Positions 57,900-64,000 of a stretch of DNA of 64,000 nt are shown here, piece after piece. Position 1 is the stretch's first letter. Each line of letters opens with the position of its first letter. The stretch comes from a virus (lineage: Duplodnaviria > Caudoviricetes): IMG/VR virus record IMGVR_UViG_3300007177_000042; one strand, 5' to 3'. The position numbers and the translations under genes were made by a program. The notes beneath the pieces are model-generated. The model was not told the origin of the DNA. It ran no database searches and saw nothing but the letters and a program-made list of their open reading frames with translations.

Positions 57900-58672
57900 A
57901 TATAGCCATATTGTTATCTGGTAGAACCGATTTATTTGAATATGCAGTACATGACAATTTGACAAAACTGATTCAACCGTTGATTCAGGATGGTCACGTC
58001 GTGCATTTACATGGCTCGTTTTGGGACACCGATGATGCAAAACAATGTATAAAAAAATACAATGAATATTGGAAAACGGTTGATGTTGAATCATTTACAG
58101 AATATTCATGTGGATTTATAAAAGATTTTAACGAATTCAAACAGTGTACACAAATATATGATTTAGAATATTCACACGCTGTACAAAACACACTTTACTT
58201 TTTGTATAAGATAAACCGTGGATACAAAATCATAAAACAGTACGAATTGACAAATAACTTTAAGTACGATTATTATATTAGATTGCGTCCGGACGTGTGT
58301 TTGGATTCTGAAATAGATATTGATACAATAAAAACCCTCAATGATCAATCGATAATGTTGTACGTAGATCATGTTTATCTACGTGACAACGAATATGTTG
58401 GATATCGAGAAGGGTGGGTCGATGATAATTTCTGTATCGCTACGAGACAACCATTTGAATTATTCTGTTCTGTGTATGATCGAGCAGTAGAACTTTCACA
58501 CAAATACCAATCGGTAGTCAGTCATATTTTGTTACAAAAACTGTTTATAGAAAACCAAATACAATGTATTAGACCCGATCCGAATCTGGTCATGTTTAAA
58601 AAACAAAATAACCAAATAAATCGGTTTGTGTTATTTGGACATACACATCCTGATATATATCCGCCGAAGTAG
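57896..58672 (+). CDS. Glycan-biosynthesis-associated protein (putative GT)
   Basis: IAILLSGR, YDYYIRLRPD, VDDNF. Confidence 0.5.
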   Translation: MNIAILLSGRTDLFEYAVHDNLTKLIQPLIQDGHVVHLHGSFWDTDDAKQCIKKYNEYWKTVDVESFTEYSCGFIKDFNEFKQCTQIYDLEYSHAVQNTLYFLYKINRGYKIIKQYELTNNFKYDYYIRLRPDVCLDSEIDIDTIKTLNDQSIMLYVDHVYLRDNEYVGYREGWVDDNFCIATRQPFELFCSVYDRAVELSHKYQSVVSHILLQKLFIENQIQCIRPDPNLVMFKKQNNQINRFVLFGHTHPDIYPPK

Positions 58673-58678
58673 TAAATT

Positions 58679-60040
58679 ATGATTAAACTAGTTGTTTTTG
58701 ATTTGGATGGTGTTTTGGTAGAAACCAAAAAACTTCACTATGATGCGTTCAATAAAGCGTTACGCGACGTTGATCCAAAGTACGAAATTAGTTATGACGA
58801 ACATCTTGCCAAATATGATGGATTGAGTACCCACAAGAAATTGAATTTACTCGGTCGAGAAAAAGGATTGTCCGGAATGGAGTTTGAAAGTATATGGTTG
58901 CGTAAACAGTTGTATACTTCACAAATGTTACGTGAATTGAAACCAGATAATAGACTTATAGAGGTTCTTAGAAAATTAAAAGAAAAATATACTATCGCGG
59001 TAGCTAGCAATAGTATTCGTGATAGTGTTAAAATTACACTTTTGAAGTTGGGGATAATGGAGTATGTTGATTTTTATTTATCTAACGAGGATGTTAAACA
59101 CCACAAACCACATCCGGAAATATATTTGAGATCCATGATTAACGCCGGTTTTACACCAAAAGAAACTCTAATTGTAGAAGATAGTGTTATTGGTCGTAAT
59201 GCTGCAAATAACAGTGGATCATATTTACTTGGAGTAAACAATCCATCTGATGTAACATATGAACACATCATGGAACGTATAGATTGTATCAATAAAAATG
59301 TAAAAGTTCCAAAGTGGCAAGGAGGAAAAATGAACGTAATAATACCAATGGCGGGTGCGGGAAGTCGGTTTGAGAAAGCGGGATATACGTTTCCTAAACC
59401 ATTGATCGATGTTCGTGGAAAACCGATGATTCAATGGGTTGTGGACAACTTAAATGTAGAAGCTAAATATATTTTCATCGTACAACGCAGCCATTTTGAA
59501 AAATATAACTTAAAAGAAACACTTAGTAATTTTTGTCCTAACAACGAAATTGTTCAGATTGACGGAATTACAGAAGGAGCAGCGTGTACAACATTGTTAG
59601 CAAAACAGTATATTGATACAGACGAACCATTGATTATCGCAAACAGCGACCAATTTGTTGAGTGGAACAATGAAGAGTTTATTTATACATCGACCACTGC
59701 TGATTTGGATGGAAATATTTTGACGTTTACATCTACACACCCTAAGTGGAGTTACGTTAAAGTAAATGATTTGGGTTATGTGACGGAGGTAGCGGAAAAG
59801 CGTCCTATAAGCGATATTGCAACTGTAGGCATATACTACTGGAGAAAAGGAAGTGATTATGTTAAGTACGCTGAACAAATGATTGCTAAAAACACTCGGG
59901 TCAACAACGAATTTTACGTATGTCCGGTATTTAATGAAGCTATTGCGGATGGCAAGAAAATAAGAACGTTTAACATAGAAAAAATGTGGGGACTTGGTAC
60001 ACCCGAAGATTTGGAGCAGTTTTTGAAGAATTACAAATAA
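58679..60040 (+). CDS. HAD phosphatase fused to sugar-phosphate nucleotidyltransferase
   Basis: N-terminal FDLDGVL, ASNS, KPHPEIY, VEDS; C-terminal IPMAGAGSRF...PKPLI, ANSDQ, EFYVCPVFN, GLGTPEDL. Confidence 0.88.
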   Translation: MIKLVVFDLDGVLVETKKLHYDAFNKALRDVDPKYEISYDEHLAKYDGLSTHKKLNLLGREKGLSGMEFESIWLRKQLYTSQMLRELKPDNRLIEVLRKLKEKYTIAVASNSIRDSVKITLLKLGIMEYVDFYLSNEDVKHHKPHPEIYLRSMINAGFTPKETLIVEDSVIGRNAANNSGSYLLGVNNPSDVTYEHIMERIDCINKNVKVPKWQGGKMNVIIPMAGAGSRFEKAGYTFPKPLIDVRGKPMIQWVVDNLNVEAKYIFIVQRSHFEKYNLKETLSNFCPNNEIVQIDGITEGAACTTLLAKQYIDTDEPLIIANSDQFVEWNNEEFIYTSTTADLDGNILTFTSTHPKWSYVKVNDLGYVTEVAEKRPISDIATVGIYYWRKGSDYVKYAEQMIAKNTRVNNEFYVCPVFNEAIADGKKIRTFNIEKMWGLGTPEDLEQFLKNYK

Positions 60041-60055
60041 GTTATATGATGTAAC

Positions 60056-60499
60056 ATGAAAATTATATCACACAGAGGAAACATTCGCGGTCCCAAACCA
60101 GAAAAAGAAAACCATCCATCATACATCCAAGATGCTTTCAAAAAGGGTTATGAGGTCGAAATAGATGTTTGGTATATTAATGATAATTGGTATCTTGGAC
60201 ACGATGAACCCCAATACGTAATACCATATGATTTTTTATTTAAAACGGGGTTGTGGCTTCATGCAAAAAATGGTGATGCGTTTTATGAACTCAAAACCAA
60301 CACATATGGGAATGTATTTTGGCATACTAATGAAGACTGGGTATTGACAAATAAAAACTACATATGGACATTTCCGGGTAAAAAGTTATACCCAAACAGC
60401 ATTTGTGTGTTGCCGGAACATGGTTATAACGGAGATATTGATCAATGTTATGCTATATGTACCGACTATCCACAAAAATTTGCAAAACAATATAATTAA
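60056..60499 (+). CDS. Glycerophosphodiester phosphodiesterase-like small protein
   Basis: ISHRGN, EN, VEIDV, LGHD, HAKN, ICTDY. Confidence 0.7.
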   Translation: MKIISHRGNIRGPKPEKENHPSYIQDAFKKGYEVEIDVWYINDNWYLGHDEPQYVIPYDFLFKTGLWLHAKNGDAFYELKTNTYGNVFWHTNEDWVLTNKNYIWTFPGKKLYPNSICVLPEHGYNGDIDQCYAICTDYPQKFAKQYN

Positions 60500-60528
60500 T
60501 GGACAATGTGTTGTTCATGAGTTAAGAT
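60500..60528 (+). promoter_or_regulatory. Sigma70-type promoter TGGACA-N17-TAAGAT
   Basis: 17-nt spacing, upstream of the sliding clamp gene. Confidence 0.6.
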
Positions 60529-60552
60529 AGTTAAAGTAAAATAGTTACAAAT

Positions 60553-61296
60553 ATGACAAAAACAAATCTACAAAAGTTTATTTCAAAATACTCCCTCAAA
60601 GGGACGATCAATGCAGTAAAGTGGGCCGTCAGCACTGCCGACAAGACACTTAGTGTGAAAGCAATAACAGAAGACAAAACGCTTCTGATTGATTTGGTAT
60701 GGAACAATTTTACCGATTTGACCAATGACGTTGAGATCGGTGTCTATGAAACTGATAGACTTGAAAAAATGCTCAAGGCACTCTCCGAAGAGGTTTCTGT
60801 ATCAGTTAATGAGAATGATGGAAAAATCACGTCATTGAACCTTTCAGACGTGAATACGGAGATTCAGTTTATGACGGCTGAATTGACTGTTATTCCTAAG
60901 TCATCGAGTCTTAAGAAAACCCCTCCATATGAAGTAGAAATTGAACTCACCAAGGATTTTACCTCCAAGTTCAAAAGTGCTAAGGACGCTTTGTCTGATG
61001 AAGAGAAGCTAACATTTTTGATGGGCAAAAAGAGCAAGAAGTTGCAGATGGTTATTGGATATAGTTCAATCAACAGTAATAGAGTAACTTTGGATGTACC
61101 AGCGGTTGATGGAAAGGATACCATCAAGAGTGAATTGAGTTTCAACGCCACGTATTTCAAATCTATTTTGGATGCTAATGGAGACTGTGAAAATGCTGTA
61201 CTCAAAGTGTCTGAATCGGGACTTGCATCTGTACAATTTATTTGTGGCGACTTTGTTGCTACATATCACATGACCAAGGTTCAGTCGGCTGATTAA
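60553..61296 (+). CDS. DNA polymerase sliding clamp (T4 gp45-like)
   Basis: 247 aa, two similar alpha/beta halves, IGVYETDRLEKML, FNATYFKSIL, VSESGLASVQF. Confidence 0.8.
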   Translation: MTKTNLQKFISKYSLKGTINAVKWAVSTADKTLSVKAITEDKTLLIDLVWNNFTDLTNDVEIGVYETDRLEKMLKALSEEVSVSVNENDGKITSLNLSDVNTEIQFMTAELTVIPKSSSLKKTPPYEVEIELTKDFTSKFKSAKDALSDEEKLTFLMGKKSKKLQMVIGYSSINSNRVTLDVPAVDGKDTIKSELSFNATYFKSILDANGDCENAVLKVSESGLASVQFICGDFVATYHMTKVQSAD

Positions 61297-61297
61297 T

Positions 61298-61831
61298 GTG
61301 GAAGACATATATCCTAGAGATCTGTTTATAGAAACCGGATCATTTATTGGGGATGGAATCGAACAAGCTTTAGAGTTGGGATACAAATCTGTAGTATCTA
61401 TTGAGTTGTCAGAAAAATACTACAATATTTGTTGTGAACGGTTTAGATTCCATCCCCATGTAAAAATAATCCACGGGGATTCCTATAAAGTTTTGCCAAA
61501 AGTGCTTGAACACGTTGAATGTGTGTGTACGTTTTGGCTTGATGGTCATTATTCTGGTGGTGACACTGCTCTAGGAGATTATAATTCGCCATTATTGTTG
61601 GAATTAGAATCGATTAAAAATCACTATATAAAATCACATACCATATTGATTGATGATTTGAGATGTTGGGTGAAAGATAAGACCCACTTTCATTACGAAA
61701 AAACAGATGTACGAAGCAATCAGTTTGATGTGACCGATATCATTACAAAAATAAAAGAAATCAACTCCGATTACAAATTGAAATATCTTGATGGATATGT
61801 CGAGAATGATGTATTGTTAGCACACTTATAA
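61298..61831 (+). CDS. SAM-dependent methyltransferase-like protein
   Basis: FIETGSFIGDG, SIELS, GDS, FWLDGHYSG, ILIDDLR. Confidence 0.7.
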   Translation: MEDIYPRDLFIETGSFIGDGIEQALELGYKSVVSIELSEKYYNICCERFRFHPHVKIIHGDSYKVLPKVLEHVECVCTFWLDGHYSGGDTALGDYNSPLLLELESIKNHYIKSHTILIDDLRCWVKDKTHFHYEKTDVRSNQFDVTDIITKIKEINSDYKLKYLDGYVENDVLLAHL

Positions 61832-61834
61832 ACT

Positions 61835-62803
61835 ATGAATGACCTATTTGAAGAAGAAGTTAGACCAGAAACCAATGCACACTCGTTGTGGGTCGAAAAA
61901 TATCGACCAACTACTTTGCAAAATTACATTGGAAATGAATCATTGAAGACAACCATTGGGTTTCTTTTGCAAGAAAAGAAAGACATTCCACATCTGTTGT
62001 TTTATGGTGGTGCTGGTACAGGAAAGACCACACTGGCTAAATTGATTACAAAAAACATCAATTGTGATGTGATGTATGTCAACGCATCTGACGAAACAGG
62101 TGTGGAAAACATTAGAACTAGGGTCAAAAGTTTTGCATCATCTGCTGGTTTCAAACCACTAAAAGTGGTAATTCTGGACGAGTGCGATTATTTGTCAGCA
62201 AACTCACAAGCGGCTCTACGTAACATGATGGAGACGTTTTCTGCTACTACCCGGTTTATTCTTACGTGTAACTATTATGAAAGAATTATCGGACCATTGG
62301 TGTCAAGATGTCAGACATATCAGATTTCTCCTCTTTCTAAAAGAGAGGTGGCGATTCATTTGACTAAGATTCTTAATGACGAAAAGGTGTCATACACACC
62401 AGAAGACATTGGATATATTGTTAACACGTATTATCCCGACATTCGTAAGGTCATCAATTTTTCTCAACAGAATTCTATCAACGGTGTGTTGAAAATTTCA
62501 AAGGAGAACGCTCTTAAAACAGACATTCATGAAAAGTTGATTTATCAGTTGAAAAATGGAATTGGAAAGCCTGCTGCGTTCAACGAGATTCGGCAATTTA
62601 TTGCGGATGCGGACATTACACAATTTGACGAATACTTTGAATTGTTGTATAACAAAGTTGACGAGTATGCTCCGGGAAAACAAGTAATTGCGACTGTTAT
62701 CATTGCAGAATATATGTATCAGAGTGCATTGGTTGTTGGTGCATTGAAAGAAGTGTCTTTTATGGCATGTATTAGTAAACTTCTTACAGATCTTAGAAAA
62801 TGA
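61835..62803 (+). CDS. Clamp-loader large subunit (T4 gp44/RFC-like)
   Basis: WVEKYRP, GGAGTGKT, NASDE, ILDECD, SRC, YPDIR. Confidence 0.95.
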   Translation: MNDLFEEEVRPETNAHSLWVEKYRPTTLQNYIGNESLKTTIGFLLQEKKDIPHLLFYGGAGTGKTTLAKLITKNINCDVMYVNASDETGVENIRTRVKSFASSAGFKPLKVVILDECDYLSANSQAALRNMMETFSATTRFILTCNYYERIIGPLVSRCQTYQISPLSKREVAIHLTKILNDEKVSYTPEDIGYIVNTYYPDIRKVINFSQQNSINGVLKISKENALKTDIHEKLIYQLKNGIGKPAAFNEIRQFIADADITQFDEYFELLYNKVDEYAPGKQVIATVIIAEYMYQSALVVGALKEVSFMACISKLLTDLRK

Positions 62804-62988
62804 AACGTATCGATCAAATAAAACAAATGTTTGGATCTAAATCTTGGTTTAATAGAATAGAAAATGGATGCACAAATCGTGAATTCGTAATTTATTCTAA
62901 TGGATACCCTTACACAGAAGACAATAATGTGTATGATTATGCCAAAGCCAACAAAATAAAAATAAAGATCATTCCAATCGGCGGATAA
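62800..62988 (+). CDS. Small hypothetical protein
   Basis: ATGA overlap, co-oriented. Confidence 0.45.
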   Translation: MKRIDQIKQMFGSKSWFNRIENGCTNREFVIYSNGYPYTEDNNVYDYAKANKIKIKIIPIGG

Positions 62989-62996
62989 TTATCAAC

Positions 62997-63368
62997 ATGG
63001 TAAAAATAAGTGTAGACGAAGCATATGCTTTCGATATCCTGAGTATTTATGCTGTCAAAATGATCAACTGTACTGACCCTCTGAGACACAAATCAAGCTC
63101 TATCGCATACAATTGTTTGTTCAATGAATTAGAGCAAACTTTTGGTTATGAAAAAATGAGGGATATCATGAACTCTAAAGAATATAGATCTTTGTTTAGA
63201 GCAAACGAAGATACATTTCATTTGGTAGACAAAATACGTTCTAGTAATGAAGTATCTGTTGGAAAAGATATTGATAATGCTAATATGGAGAGATTTTTTT
63301 GTAAACGTCGATTGCAAGAAAAGTTTTTTGAAGGAAAATTGTTAGAAACAAAGACACAACATGAATAA
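62997..63368 (+). CDS. Hypothetical protein
   Basis: 123 aa; ISVDEAYAFDILSI...RF..KRRLQ. Confidence 0.55.
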   Translation: MVKISVDEAYAFDILSIYAVKMINCTDPLRHKSSSIAYNCLFNELEQTFGYEKMRDIMNSKEYRSLFRANEDTFHLVDKIRSSNEVSVGKDIDNANMERFFCKRRLQEKFFEGKLLETKTQHE

Positions 63369-63564
63369 GAAACAGATACTAAAAGAAATTTGGGACAATT
63401 GGGCTCACAAACAATGGTTTAAGTTTGCCAATTACGAATCCGAACAATCTAATAAGATTGTCGTCGAAACACATTATTATCCGGCGTTGGAAGTAGCACA
63501 GTTTAGAATGTTTGTTGGAAAGTATCCGGATATAATTGTAGAGTTCAAAAACCCACGACAATAA
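63361..63564 (+). CDS. Small hypothetical protein
   Basis: Overlapping, co-oriented 67-aa ORF. Confidence 0.45.
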   Translation: MNKKQILKEIWDNWAHKQWFKFANYESEQSNKIVVETHYYPALEVAQFRMFVGKYPDIIVEFKNPRQ

Positions 63565-63571
63565 TCTTCAT

Positions 63572-64000
63572 ATGGACAAGTCTGTTTTCAACATTTTACC
63601 AACTTATGTAGGTTCACTCCGTGATAAATCCAAGATTTTGTATATAACACAATCGGGTACAAGCGGATACGCAAACGCTGCTAAAGGATATATTTATGAT
63701 TTGATCCAAAAAAAGTTTTCGGTAAAAATACAGACTGTCGATTTGGATGATTCTCGGAACGTAGAAAAGACTGAATTTGATGAATATATCACATCACATA
63801 ATCAATCCGTAGGTCATTTTTATGATACAGTCATTGTACACACAACACCAAACATTTGGGAGTCTCTTCTATCAAAAGAGAAAATCGGTACAAATAGATA
63901 TGTAATAGGTAGAACCGTGTGGGAGTTTGATCAACTTCCGGTCGAGTTAGTAAATTGTATAAACCAAAGCCGGGTTAATATCGTAAGTGTTCCAACACAA
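63572..64000 (+). CDS. GT4-like glycosyltransferase, 3' truncated by the window (not in ORF track)
   Basis: MDKSVF...SGTSGYANAAKGY...IVHTTP...IGRTVWEFDQLP, open to the end. Confidence 0.7.
   Translation, partial: MDKSVFNILPTYVGSLRDKSKILYITQSGTSGYANAAKGYIYDLIQKKFSVKIQTVDLDDSRNVEKTEFDEYITSHNQSVGHFYDTVIVHTTPNIWESLLSKEKIGTNRYVIGRTVWEFDQLPVELVNCINQSRVNIVSVPTQ

Noticed and set aside
1506-63561. Numerous 60-225 aa ORFs antisense to or nested in long genes (for example 5844-6437, 18171-18623, 24329-24808, 49803-50477)
   Set aside because: They shadow well-supported genes, have atypical composition and no motifs
1-64000. tRNA, rRNA, CRISPR array, DGR, integrase or IS elements
   Set aside because: Intergenic gaps are short (mostly under 170 nt); no cloverleaf, spaced direct repeats, reverse transcriptase or transposase motifs seen

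Overview
64 kb segment of a large, AT-rich, T4-like (myovirus-type) tailed phage genome; both ends cut through genes. Order: HAD nucleotidase and nucleotidyltransferase; tail module (tail tube, baseplate-hub/tail chaperone, tape measure, baseplate proteins); a short family A DNA polymerase; SSB-RecA/UvsX-homing endonuclease-5'-3' exonuclease/RNase H-DnaB/gp41 helicase-class Ia RNR (nrdAB); early genes (MoxR-type AAA+ ATPase with vWA partner, DUF4338-like protein, UvsE); gp62-like clamp-loader subunit, dNMP kinase and an NDP-rhamnose pathway with a GT-B enzyme; a ~14 kb minus-strand block of glycosyltransferases and methyltransferases with glf and dut; Cas4-like nuclease; family B polymerase; more glycan genes; sliding clamp and clamp loader. 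No tRNA, rRNA, CRISPR array, integrase/transposase or intein was recognised. Most notable signals: (1) the RNase H/5'-3' exonuclease gene is broken inside its first catalytic motif by 7 extra nt that place a TAG in the loop of a perfect 7-bp hairpin, a candidate ribosomal hop or frameshift; (2) a candidate +1/-2 frameshift at a T7 run in the chaperone gene upstream of the tape measure; (3) a shared xFF(D/E)(F/I/L) terminal peptide in PolB, a GT-B glycosyltransferase, the DUF4338-like protein and one unknown protein, suggesting clamp-coupled DNA modification, possibly using the adjacent rhamnose pathway; (4) several sigma70-type promoters positioned to make leaderless mRNAs, plus a TATTTAT(A/T) candidate late promoter. 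All family assignments come from motif recognition by eye; no searches were run.
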